Shown here piece after piece: positions 52,287 to 64,000 of a DNA stretch of 64,000 nt. Positions within the stretch are counted from its first letter, which is position 1. The number at the start of each line of letters is the position of its first letter. Source of the DNA: Cycas panzhihuaensis (taxonomy: Eukaryota > Plantae > Cycadophyta); NCBI GenBank assembly GCA_023213395.1, contig CM041465.1, positions 88,357,741 to 88,421,740 of the forward strand. The letters run 5' to 3'. The notes under the pieces were generated by a model that had not been told where the DNA came from, did no database searches, and was given only the letters and a program-made list of their open reading frames with translations. The position numbers were made by a program, and so were the translations under genes.

Positions 52287-54762
52287 GTTTCAATTATAAA
52301 AGCTTGAAACTAGCAGATAACCTGGAAATTCAAAGCTTTCGCCGCTTAAGTTCCACCTTCTAACGAAACCAACAGTCCTGATCTTACTAGAAGATCCAAC
52401 AACTGAATGGAATGATGAGGGGTGGAGGACTAGGTTATGGAGTTGGTCCAACTTTGATCTTATAGAGGAGATCCAACAATTGGCCAAGTTAAATCTAGGA
52501 CAAGGCAGGTAGGGTTGATCTGCATGGACGTACCACGCTTTCCCTGGGATTCACAACCCCAATAACACCGCTGAACCTCCTTTCCTCAAGCAACCTTAAT
52601 TGTCGTGCACCGACTGCATGCCTGTTGGTCCCCTAGGGAATGCACCAAGCTTAAGGTTATTTTAGAGGCAAGGTTTGAACCTTTTTTTAGCCTCTCCAAC
52701 AAGATTTTAAGTCAATTTTTAGCAGTTTTTAAAGTGAACTTAGATTTCTTTTACTTGGAAGATGTACTTATGAGAATGCTTTGATTAAGCTTTACAATGA
52801 AAGTGGCTTCAAGAGGAAGCAATGTAAGTACACCAATAAGAACACTAGAAGTGTTTTTTACAATGAGCACTTTAATGAAGTGTAGAGCTTGTGTTGATCC
52901 AAGTAAGAAACCAGATGCTTGATTACAATAAGTTTTGCAAAGTACTTTTTGAAAAAAAGCTTAAGTATTGAATGAAGTAAGACAAAACTTGTGATGAAGA
53001 TACAAGTGGGTTCCTTTTAATGCTGAAAAAGTGAAGGTAAGAGAACCACTTGCATGAAAATGGACATCAAGCACCAAGTGTTGGGACTTTAAATTAGTGC
53101 CAATGATCAAAAGAGAAGTGATTTTTATTAAGTACAAAATGTTTTTTGAGCCCTCTTTGTGACTAAGGGCATTAGGTCACCATGCAAGGTGCCTTAAAAG
53201 TGTTTTAAAAATTAGTGATAAATATCACTTTTTCAATATGAAAACACTTAAAATCACTTCACTTAAAGTCAATTAACACTTATTCAAAATTAACTAAGTG
53301 TTAAAAAAAAACTTTTAAGAGCCAAAAACAAAGGCTGAAATTTGAATTTTTTTTGCAACTTGAACACTAAGGACACCACGCAGGGAACATTTTAAAACAT
53401 TAAAGCATAAGTATTTTTGAGTCTCCAAATAAGTGAGTTCAAGTTAGTATTGGTGATTTAATGAAATCACTCAATACTTAGAAGATTTTTAGCTTCAAAA
53501 ATACAAAAAAAGATGATTTTTCTCTTAATAAATTTAAGCTACGGTCACTATGCAAAGTGCTTTGATTATAAAATTGACTTAATAAAGAGAAAAAATCACT
53601 TGTGATGTAGAAGATCACTTAAAAAAGCTTGATTTAATCCTTTTGTCACTGGGTGTAAATCACTAAGTCAGTAAACTGAAAAGTAACTTTAAAAAATCAC
53701 TAAAAAGGATGATTTTCAATGATTTAATAAACTTTAGAAGAAGAAACTTTAGTATATATAAAGTTCATGTAAATAAGAATATCCTAGGAATATTCTTATT
53801 CTTATAAACTAAAGTTTATAATGCTAATATTTTCGAATGAAAAATCTGGACGAAAAAACGTCGCTCAACTGTCGTTTTTCCGTGCGCCCGCGTGACCCTC
53901 TTTTTGATCGGAACAGCTTGTAGAGTTGACGGAATGAGCCGAGAATTCAACCGAAGAATCGTCTGCCCACAGTGATGAAACCCACCAAGTTTGGAAACAG
54001 TCTATTCGATGTAGAGAGAGAACGGAATGTCTCCGTTATTGGCTGGGCGCACGGACTGTGCAGGCTGCTGTGCACTTTAAGAGCTACCATACGGTCGGTT
54101 GCAGGTGTAGCTGGGACTCACGCAGGGTTTGAGACCCCTCCAGAAGAGTGCAGATCTGATTGGTGATTTTCTGGGATTTGATGAATCGCCCAGAACTGAA
54201 GAGAGGACTGCACCAGGCTGAGTAGCTTGCAGAGGCAGAGTGCCTGTTCAGTAACCGAATCTGACTTTGCCTTGGTCTTTGGTAGCTACAGGATCTGTAG
54301 ATACAAAAATGAATAGATTTTCTACTGCTAGGAGTGGATATTTTTTTCACCAGTTAGCCAAAGAGAGGTTAGAATAACAGAGTTTAGTACACAGATCCAG
54401 AATAATTAAAAAAAAAATTCTAACTTCAACTGAACAGATCTGAGTACAATCTTTCTACTTTTTACAGATCTGAGTGAAAAAAATTTAATAGAATAATAAA
54501 AAGGAAATCATTATTTGTAATAGCAATTAATGCTACACCCAACAGGTCTTTGTAAGAAAAAAATCAGATTTGAGCATAACCCAGCTCCAGCCATCAAAAA
54601 ATAGCTCCAAAAAGCTTGAACCTGCAAAACAGATCTTCAAACAAACCTTGGATCGCCTTCGGAGTGCGAAGGTTGTCACCAAGGGTTTGTAGGCTTTCTT
54701 CAAATCTCCTTGAGCAAAGAAACCGTAGCAGGGAGCTAGTCTCCTCTTGCTCTGATACCAAA

Positions 54763-55316
54763 TGTGAAAAGAGGCTAGATGGCCTCACAGTCCCAAGATC
54801 TAGAAACTAGGATCACTCTAGTTCTAGAAGCACAAATACTAACAAGTATGATATTCTCAAGGTAAAGAGAAAGCATAAGAGACAAAGCATAAATGAAGGA
54901 GCAAGAGAAAATGATACCCAATATGTGGAGATGGAATTGGTCCAACCTCCAAAGAATAACCAGTTTGATTAGCAAACTGGCAGCATAACAATATAACTCC
55001 AACTCTCTTATGAGACAATGAGAAGAGGTCTCATTATATAGAGTGAGATGAGAGACCTAAGGCCTTGGATGTTTGACAAGTGTCAAACATCCAAGATACA
55101 TGCCTTGCATGTAGGACATGTGTTCTTTTGGGCTCTCATGTGAGCAAAAAAGTATGAGGGTCCATTTGACCCTTTAGTGACAACGTTGTGTCACTAGAAG
55201 GAATGTGGGTGTGCACTTTATCACTCAAGTGATAAGTCACCCCTAAAGTACAAAAGTACACATATTACATAAAAATTAAAGTACAATATCTTAACATGTA
55301 AACATAAGGTTTAACA
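54763..55316 (-). repeat. copia 5' LTR
   Basis: PBS adjacent; TSD TGACC follows. Confidence 0.97.
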
Positions 55317-55886
55317 TGACCCACAATTGATCTTGCTTGATACTACTAGATATATCTCAAGTAAACCACACTCGTATATAATGACAAGATTGATCAACTA
55401 TTAATTTGATTGAACACGTATATGTGAAACACAATATACGAATTATAAAAATAAGCCCTAGTGCTCTTTAGTGTTATAATACCCCCCTACCTCCTAATAA
55501 TTAACAAACTAAGACAGTACTTTTGATTTTTGAAGGGTATGTAAACTAAGTTAAGTCACTTATAAGATATAAGTATATACAAACACAAGTTGCAGATAAC
55601 TTGTAATGACTCTATTATTTGATTATTGGAGTAATTGTCTACACACTCTTTACCACTAATAAAGAATACTATGAGAAAATAGATATATCATTATAAATAA
55701 ATGTATATATTCGATTTCTAACTGTGAATATAATGCACATGTATCCTTTACCAATACAAATATAATATCCTTATGATTAAGATTTAATTTGGACTACGTA
55801 CAATATAATGTGATATTGGATTCTTAATAAAATATATTATATATTAATTGAATGATGTTATTAATATATGAATAACTACCTCAATC

Positions 55887-55912
55887 TATATATATATATA
55901 TATATATATATA
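55887..55912. repeat. (TA)13 microsatellite
   Basis: Read directly. Confidence 0.95.
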
Positions 55913-56611
55913 CCTACTTTTTCAATTAAAAGGATATCAATATATGTATTCTTCAATATATATCAAATTAAAACTTAATATTGAATAAATACGTTGCATA
56001 TATGATACTATAAGGTGTTATGTGTATATAATATAATTATATATATAAACTATTTGATATGTATGACTCCCCGTATATATATTATAAATAAAATGATTGA
56101 ATATATATTTAATATGTATATGACTCCCCATATATATGTGCTATAAATAAAACGATTGAATATATATGAAATGATCAATTCGCAAATGTGAGGATGCAAG
56201 CGATGAAAAGATTGATCCGCGAATGTGTGTAAAGAGGGAAGATAGCGAGCGTAAACAAGAACGGCGGATGTAGAAGGCGGCGAGCTACGAAGACGAGAAG
56301 ACTGAGACGGCGATGGGAGACGGAGACGGCAGAATGACAAAGGATGTAATCGGCGGCAAGCTACGAGACGGGAAGACAGAGCGACAAAACATCTCGTGAT
56401 GTAAACAGTAGAACAACAATGACAGGGACGAACCAGACAAGACTCGAATTAACGGGACGGTACTGTGCAAAAACGAGATAAATATTTGGTGATATGTGGA
56501 GATGGATAGGCAGTGTATACGATGCGCAGACCAACCATAGATAAATCGTACTGGTATTTGGATTGGGACCCAACTAAAGCGTAAACAGGACTAATTCGCT
56601 CTGATACCACT

Positions 56612-56846
56612 TGTGACGGAACAATTATGTTACTGAAGAAGAAAATCAAATAATTGAGCATGCACGAACACTGGATAATCAAATAATTAGATTATATTGA
56701 ATTGAATGAGAATTGATTGTACATATTACTTTTGGGGTCCAATTTATATACAGAGCGTGCCCTTTTTCACGAAAGGTTATGTCCTTTCAATGATATCTAT
56801 TTAATTAAACAAATGATAATTAACCCCTTTAATGAGGTTCATAACA
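56612..56846 (-). repeat. gypsy 5' LTR
   Basis: PBS adjacent; TSD follows. Confidence 0.95.
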
Positions 56847-56851
56847 CATTA

Positions 56852-57750
56852 CATAATCTATTTGACACCCAATGTGTTGGATATTCGAAATCGCAAAACA
56901 CCTATAGCTTTGACCTTGATTTCGATAGCATCTACAATTCAATCCAATACCCAAGTCAAGATAATTACCAATCATTCCTAGATTATCATTTACAAAATGG
57001 ATTGCTATATCAACTCAATCAATTTTGTGTACCACGATGCAACAAAGAACAACTTTTGAAGGAAGCACACACTTCTAGTTTCGAAGGACATTTTAGGATT
57101 ATGAAAACCCTACAATATCTACAAGGATATTTTCACTGGCCATCCATGCAAAAATACATAGAACAATTCATCACACGTTGAGCTTTGTGTAACTAGTCTA
57201 AACCTTTTAATTAGAAGGTGGGTTTATATTAGCCTTTGCCTATACCATCTCAACCATGGGAGTCCACCTTAATATGCTTCATTTGTGAGTTGTCGATGAC
57301 ACAATGCAAACACGACTACATCTTGGTCATAGTTTGTCGACTCTCAAAGATGCTAGATTTTATTCTATGTGATAAAACCATAGATGTACTACACACCACC
57401 TACCTCTTGTTTGACCACATCTGGTTCCATTATGGGTTATCACTCACAATTGTTTCATATTGAGAAGCATGTTTCCTCAGCCATTTCTAATGAGCATTGT
57501 GGAATCTTCTAGGATGCAAACTATAGTGCTCAACTACATTCCATCCCCAAGCAAACGGATAGTCTAAGATTATAAATAGGATCCTAGTTCAACCCCTCTA
57601 CATTTATCAACATGCAACCACTCAATGGGATTAGTCTCTTACAACAATCCAACATGGGCACAATTGTGATATATACCATTCCATTGCATATTCAGCATTA
57701 GGTATATTATGGGTTTCAACCTATAGTTCATTATGAGCTTCCAACAGTTC
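56852..57750 (+). pseudogene. Integrase of the CRM-like element
   Basis: LLKEAHTSSFEGHFRIMKT..YFHWPSMQK, PSQPWES, VIVCRLSKM, FHPQANG. Confidence 0.88.
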
Positions 57751-57815
57751 TTTCAACATGAATCATATGACACAAGCCAACTGAGCAAGGAAAGGCAACG
57801 ATATTTGCATAACAT

Positions 57816-58340
57816 TGTTGAAGATGATGGTATTAAGGCTATAGCCCTAAGGATCTAATGGAGAGGAAAATCTGCTAACATATGAAGATTATTAGCATCT
57901 AACTATGCAACTATGAAGATGAGCACATAAGCAAGCATTAGGCACAATGATCAAAAGCATGAGGACACAAATATGGAGGAGAAGGAATTGTTCCTTAGAT
58001 TAACAAGACTAACGACATAACAATACAACACTCTCAAATACAAGATACACGAGGATTGGTCTCAATATATAGAGACCTTGGAGCACTGCATGTTTGACGA
58101 ATGTCAAACATGCAAGCTATGCTCGTTGCATGCAAAACAAGTGTCCCTTGGGCTCTTTTGTGAGCACATGTGCATGAAGGTACATTAACCCTCAAGTCAC
58201 AACATTCGGCAACTAGAAAGAATGTGGGTGTGTACTTTATCACATTAAGTGATAAGTCACCCTAACATAAAGTTATATAAAGTATATCAATAATATATTA
58301 TAAAGTACATCACTTAACATTTAAACATAAAGGTTTAACA
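57816..58340 (-). repeat. copia 3' LTR (~525 bp)
   Basis: TGTT...AACA termini, PPT adjacent. Left boundary inferred from TG at the end of integrase-like sequence. Confidence 0.75.
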
Positions 58341-58602
58341 CCCCCACCCCTTAATGTTTATAATATTAAGTTGAATACCAAGACCATCCCTGAATTTCTC
58401 AAACTTTTCTCTACTAAGAGACTTGGTAAAGATATTTGCTAAATGCTAGTTCGTGGGTCTATAAAAGAGGTTGATCTCGTCATTCTACATATGTTCCCTC
58501 ATAAAATGGCGATGAACCTCAATGTGCTTGGTCCTTTCATGAAAAACTAGATTCTTAGTTAACTTGAGCACACTTTGGTTATCATAATATAACCTAGTGG
58601 GA

Positions 58603-59227
58603 TGAAGTGATAACTTTGCTTGTCCCAAAATCTCCTGGAAAAATCCTTTAGAAAATAACAACTCAGTTGGGAGTATGAAGTGCTCTGATCATATGTGTCA
58701 GACCTCTTGACATAGATTGGAGATGAAAAGAGCTGGAACAAGGGAAACAATGCTTCCAAAATACAACTAAAATCTATTTGCAAGGGCAACGATGCATATC
58801 TTTAGAGAAGAACTGGAAAACTGTTGATATATATGCCAAAATGCTCTTACTATCGCTACCCTCTTCGAGGCGAGGTTCCCTCCAAATAATGCAGCCCTAA
58901 GGGCAAGTAAATAGCAGTCTTAGGGCTGAATTTAAAGCAGTCCAAACTCAATTCTGAGAGGTCCAAATGAGGCCCCAAATCCTCTTTAAATAGGCGGCCA
59001 AAGATACTAATATAAGTCAACCGAAAAAGGGGTATAAACCCACCCAAAACCAAGACTAGAAGTCGGCCAGAACTCTCCCTACTGACAAGCTAAAATCTTC
59101 AAACGGTCATAACTTTTCTTATAGATGTCAGAATTGACTTTCATCTGAACCATTGGAATCTTAGTTAAGAGACTTTCGATTTGAATGGTCACATGGTATA
59201 GTTTTGACCATATTTTGGGATGCTACA
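58603..59227 (-). repeat. gypsy 3' LTR (625 bp)
   Basis: Direct repeat of 61584-62187. Confidence 0.92.
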
Positions 59228-59259
59228 AGTCCCTCCCCTTCAAAGCATGCTTTGCACTC

Positions 59260-61400
59260 AAAGCATGAGTAAATTTGGGTGTTGTTGTACCCATTCTTTT
59301 GATTCCTACATTGCGTCATCTAAATCTAGAGTTTTCCACTTAATGAAGTATTCTTTGACCTTTCTGGACCATAGTTCTTTTGTTCTTATCTGTAAAATCC
59401 CTTGTTGTTCAAAGATAATCTTCCCTAATTTCTCTCTGATGTGAATCTGATAATATCGTGATCGTAAGGTGATTTTTAAGAAATACCATGCTCCTTGTAT
59501 TTCGTCTAATAAATCATCTATCCGTAGAATAGGATAACGATTCTTGGTTGTCAATTTGTTAACCCTCGATAATCTACACACATCCGATATGATCCATCCA
59601 TTTTGGGATTGACTATGATCAGTGATGCAAACGGGCTTGAACTAGTTGTGATATATCCTTGACTTAGTAATTCCCTTGTGATGTTTTCAATTTCTCTCTT
59701 CAGATGATAAGGGTGTCTGTGCGGCGAGATATTTACTGGGGTTGCTCTAGGTACTAGCTCAATGGAATGTTGATAATCCCGTTGCAGGGGAAGACCTTGG
59801 GGTTCTTTGAATACTGCTCTGTGCTCATCTATGATCTTTTGTACCTCAATTGGTACATCTTCTATCACTATCTTGTAACAAGTCAATATGTATGCAAATG
59901 GATTCTTCTTCAATATCTTTTTTATGCGATGCGAAGATATCAGTTATCTTTGAAGTGCGGTGATTGCATGTCTGTATTTGTGCCCTTTCTGATGGAAGCA
60001 CATGAATCGGATCATATAGTCAGTAATTATATTACCCAAGGTCTCCTCCTATAGGCATCGCAAACATATATGTATTTACTGAATAGTCTCCAATTTGAAG
60101 ATTCACCTTCTGACAATAGCCTCCACAAGGAGTGGTTTTTCCATTTGCTATGGATACTTGAAATGTATTCAAAAATTGTATTTTTAGTCCTAGCTTCTTT
60201 GCTGTGTCCCTGTTAATGAAGTTGTGAGTAATGCCACTATCCACAAGTATGGCGATTAGAGCTCCTTTGATCATCCCTTGGAACCAAAGGGTTTGGGGTA
60301 TAACACTTTGTCCCATTCTGGCTTGTAGTGAAGTTTGGACATTCTCACTATCAACCTCTAAAAGTTCATCTATGTCTACTTCCTCCTCTTGGATCCGGTT
60401 TACTTGTTCATGTTCTTCATCTAGTATTTCTGCTTTGTCGTTATTGATCATAAATACCTTCTTCACCAGACATCGGTGTTCTTTATTCCACTTCTCTCCA
60501 CATTTAAAACACATCCCCCTTTTGAGATGTTCGACTCTGCTTGTTTCGTTCCTGCCTTTTATTGCCACTGGTGGGTCTACTTTTGTGCCCGATCTGGTCC
60601 CACTTTGATTGCATCCTTGTTACTAGCATGATTCAGTTTTGCGCATATAGATAGACCTATGCTCTCTGAATTCTACTTCTACATTCTTCGCATATCGGAT
60701 TGCCTCATGAATATTGGAGGGATTCATATTCTTAATGCGAAATCTTATTGTTCCCTTTAATCCACTTATGTATGTCTACAAAATGTATTCAGCTAGTATT
60801 CATTCTAGTATTAGACACTGAAGCATCTGGAATTACTCGGTGTATTCTTGGACTGTTCCGTTTTGTTGTAACATTGTTAACTGAGCGAAATAGTCGGTGT
60901 TCCAAGAATCTTCATACTGTTTTATTAGTCCTGCCTTAAGATAGTCCCATGATTCTGGATGGCCCAAATTGTTCTTTCACCACCAATAAAACTAGTCTAA
61001 TGCCCTTCCATACAAGTGTAGAGATGTTGTTGATATCTTTTCCTTAGTTGATAGTTCATACACTTGGAAGTATGTTTCCATTTGTAATAACCAACTTTGG
61101 ATGCTCCTTGATCTTTCTCGATCAAATTTTTCTAATGTAAGTTTAGTTCTCCTAAGACCCTGGTCTGATTGAAAACTCTTTTGATTCTGTCGTTCATAGG
61201 TAAAACCCCTAAATCTCGTTGAATTTTTTCATTCTTCGTTCCCCTAGTTATCTTGATTTGGGAATTCTTCATTGATTTCTTGTATGTCTTAGTATTTTTC
61301 TATCGATGACTCTCCCTCCTCTTATTTAAAGTTTCAAACGAAGCCTAGATGTTTTTCATGGAAGTGATAAGCTCCGACAATAAGTGGGATAGTCCTTCTT
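59260..61400 (-). pseudogene. gag-protease-partial RT-chromodomain
   Basis: CFKCGEKWNKEHRC; DSG protease; KNRYPILRIDDLL..YYQIHIRE directly followed by GKIIFEQQGILQIRTKEL..KEYFIKWK. Confidence 0.9.
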
Positions 61401-61583
61401 CTATCTTGCATCCTTCTTCTTCTGTTACTATTGATTGGCAGTTCACCATCTTGTTGGAGACGAGACTTTTTCTTTATCTTGATTCTGTCCCTTGGGGGGG
61501 CGGGGAGGGGGGGTGCAGAATTGAGCCGAATTTTTACAGATTATCTTCAAATTCCCGCTTCGGAACGAAGCTTTGATACCACT

Positions 61584-62187
61584 TGAAGTGCCAACTTTGC
61601 TTGTCCTGGAACCTCCTAGGAAAATCCTTTTGAAAATAACAACTCTATTGGGAGTATGAAATGCTCTGATCACACCTATGAAACCTCTTGAGATAGATTG
61701 GAGATGATAAGAACTAGAACAAAGGAAATAATGCTTCCAAAATATAGCTAAAATCTATTTGCAAGGGCAACGATGCATATCTTTAAAGAAGGACTGGAAA
61801 CCTAATGATATAGATGCCAAAATGCTCTTATTATCGCTAACTCTCTTCAAGGCAAGGTTCCCTCCAAATAGTGCAACCCTAAAGGCGAGTAAATAGCAAT
61901 CTTAAGGCCAAATTTACAATAGTCCAAACTCAGCTTTGAGAGGCCCAAATGAGGCCCCAAATCCTCTTTAAATAGGTGACCAAAGATACTAATATAAGTC
62001 GACCAGAAACGGGGTATAAACCCACCCAAAACCAAGACTGGAACACAGGCTAAAATCTTCAAACAATCATAACTTTTGTTATAGATGTTAGAATTGACTT
62101 TTGTTTGAACCGTTAGAATACTGGTTCAGAAACCTTCGATTTGAATGGTCACATGGTATAGTTTTGACCATATTTTGGGATACTACA
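61584..62187 (-). repeat. gypsy 5' LTR (604 bp)
   Basis: PBS adjacent; about 21 bp shorter than the 3' LTR. Confidence 0.92.
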
Positions 62188-63399
62188 TGGGGTTATCCTG
62201 CTCAAGTCCAAGCTCACTAAGAATTTGCCTTCACTAAATAGTCTCACAAGCTGTGTTGTCTATAGCTTTGTACTCTGCTTCTGCATAGGACAAGGTAACA
62301 TTGGGTTGCTTCTTGCAACTCCACGAAATGACTCTTGAATCAAGGGTGAAACAATATCCCAAAGTTGATTTGCAACCATTTTAGCATCCTGCCCAATCAG
62401 AATCTGAGAACCCCTCCAAGATGAAGTTCTCATTATGTGTATACTAAAGGCCATGCTGCAATGTGCCTTCGAGGTATCTCAATATATGTTTTGTCGCATT
62501 CTAATGCTTCTAATTACGCTGAGACATGGACCTAGAACAAATCCCAACTGCAAATGAAATATCCAGTCTAGTGTTGGTGAGATAGATTAGGCTACCCACT
62601 AGTTGTTGATATAATGTGGGATTTGTTGGTTCTACTTCCTCTTCGAACAAACTTAATACCATTCTCCATTGGTGTAGGAAAAGATTTGCAGTCATCCATT
62701 CTAAATCATTGCAAAATGTCCCAAGAATACTTGGCTTAATAAATGGAGATATGACCTAGTTGTTGCCACACCTCCATGCCTTAAAAATAATGGAGTCATC
62801 CAAGATTAGTCATCTCAAAACTCCTCTTAAGATCATCCTGGAAAATTTGAATTGTCTTAGTGTCATTTCCCGTGATCACTAAGTCATCAACATACAAAAC
62901 AACAAAGACAACATGGTTCTCCCTAACTTTTATATACAAGTTAGGATCTGATGAGGATCAATAATATCAGTGTCTCAAAAAATAATCATCAATTTTAGAG
63001 TACCATGCTCTTGGGGCTTGTTTAAAACCATACAATGCCTTCTTGAGGTGACAGACCAAATGTTGTTTGTCGTGTACAATGTATCTAGGAAGCTACTCCA
63101 AATATATCTCCTCTTGAAGATTGCCATTAAGGAAGGCACTCTTCACATCCATTTGATAGATTGGCCACTTGCATTGAACAGCTGAGGGCAATATAAGTCT
63201 GATGGTGTTTATGTTCGCCACAGGTGCAACAATCTCCTTATAATCAATGCCTTCCTTTTGCTTAAAACCCTTCGTAACAAGTCAAGCCTTATAGTGCTCG
63301 ATTAAACCATCAGAGTTGAATTTGGTTTTATATACCCAATTACAACTGATTGCTTGTTTGTTTTTAGGCAATTCCACCAAATCCCAAGTTCCATTCTTT

Positions 63400-64000
63400 A
63401 TTCCACCTCTTTATCTTGATCAAGGTCAATTCCTTGTTTGTCTACCAAAGTTAAGAATAACCTTTCTCTCAGCAGTGATGCTCCCTACTCCAATTTTGAC
63501 CATAAAAGGAGCATAGTCCTTGTGCCCTTAACTCAGCCATATCCTTCTTTAATTTATAAGGATCTATACCAACTTTTTCTTGATTTACTAGAGTGGATGT
63601 TGACATGGAATTTCTATTAATATGATTCACATTGGTTTTGGTATCTAACCCCTTTTTCTGTGAAAACAATATATCTTCTAGTGTACCAATCAGTTCGATT
63701 ATTGTTAGATCCCTTATTTCTCCATGCCATTACTTTTTCTAAATGCCTGACCTTTTGGATGGCTTCTTGAATGCTTTTAAGAGTGTGTAATTTCAATTCT
63801 TCCCATAGTTCCTCCTTAAGGCCTCCAATGTAGGTCTTTAATAACCATTCTTTAGGCATATTATCAACTCAAGTTACTAAAGATTGAAATTTATTCACAT
63901 AATCTTCTACTAATTCTAATTGGTGTATTTAAGTTGATTAAAATAATTTTTATCCCATGTCTTTTCGTATTGCTTAAAAAAATATTCTATGAATGTTTGT
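63400..64000 (-). pseudogene. gag: gypsy (chromovirus-type) gag fragment; runs off the window
   Basis: WLLKTYIGGLKEELWEELKLH..SIQEAIQK and ELRAQGLCSFYGQNWSREHHC. Confidence 0.8.

Larger units (their letters stand above)
47534..55316 (-). mobile_element. Ty1/copia LTR retrotransposon, youngest element in the window; long (~2.5 kb) 5' leader
   Basis: 554-bp LTRs at 47534-48087 and 54763-55316 with 10 mismatches counted, perfect TSD TGACC, PBS at 54749-54760, PPT at 48088-48096. Inserted in the host 5' leader. Confidence 0.97.
42640..56846 (-). mobile_element. Ty3/gypsy chromovirus (Reina-like), full length
   Basis: 235-bp LTRs at 42640-42874 and 56612-56846 (about 12 mismatches), perfect TSD CATTA, PBS TGGTATCAGAGC at 56598-56609, PPT at 42876-42887. 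Confidence 0.96.
38038..57815 (+). mobile_element. CRM-like gypsy element, heavily decayed; split by 42640-56851 and cut at 57816
   Basis: 5' LTR TGATG...CATCG at 38038-38423, PBS at 38426-38437, gag 39727-40890, protease CIIDNGSIKNLVS plus PHPLPYTLGW (CRM-style), RT/RH 41450-42630, integrase 56950-57750. Confidence 0.8.
58603..62187 (-). mobile_element. Internally deleted gypsy chromovirus (3.6 kb)
   Basis: LTRs 58603-59227 / 61584-62187, TSD TGGGA/TGGGG, PBS TGGTATCAAAGC at 61570-61581, PPT at 59230-59240. Carries gag, protease ILVDSGITHNFI, and the 5' third of RT fused to the chromodomain. Confidence 0.93.
57816..63399 (-). mobile_element. Ty1/copia 3' part (3' LTR, RNase H, RT), relative of 47534-55316; split by 58603-62192
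   Basis: LTR ~57816-58340 whose U3 resembles 47835-48087; PPT at 58341-58352; RNase H 58365-58600 and 62193-62350; RT up to KNGTWDLVELP at ~63399. Confidence 0.88.

Noticed and set aside
1-64000. CRISPR arrays, tRNA/rRNA genes, prokaryotic operons, DNA transposons
   Set aside because: No repeat-spacer array, cloverleaf, rRNA-like sequence or transposase motif seen. The tRNA-complementary 11-13-mers are retroelement primer-binding sites.

Overview
Gene-free, AT-rich plant heterochromatin, probably from a large genome such as a gymnosperm (organism is inference). It consists almost entirely of nested, decayed LTR retrotransposons. No intact host gene, RNA gene or CRISPR array is supported. I resolve about 13 elements or fragments, seven of them with both LTRs and a recognisable 5-bp target-site duplication. 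Stack 1: Athila/Tat-type gypsy > gag-only element (3358-15739) > copia (4795-14086) > pol-less copia derivative (5716-9797). Stack 2: chromovirus gypsy (~19826-30102) > shrunken copia (24877-29604). Stack 3: CRM-like gypsy (38038-57815) > chromovirus gypsy (42640-56846) > young copia (47534-55316, LTRs ~98% identical). Stack 4: copia (57816-63399) > internally deleted chromovirus (58603-62187). All coding regions carry stops or frameshifts. The most interesting signals are: two gag-only elements with a homologous internal domain but different LTRs, one of them related to the LTR of a chromovirus in this window; an LTR motif conserved across four gypsy-type elements; a palindrome array in a copia U3 with a compensatory change; a decayed env-position ORF; an unrecognised Cys-rich decayed ORF behind an LTR+PBS; and a templated filler-DNA repair scar. 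None is a proven new system. All identities and mismatch counts were made by eye.
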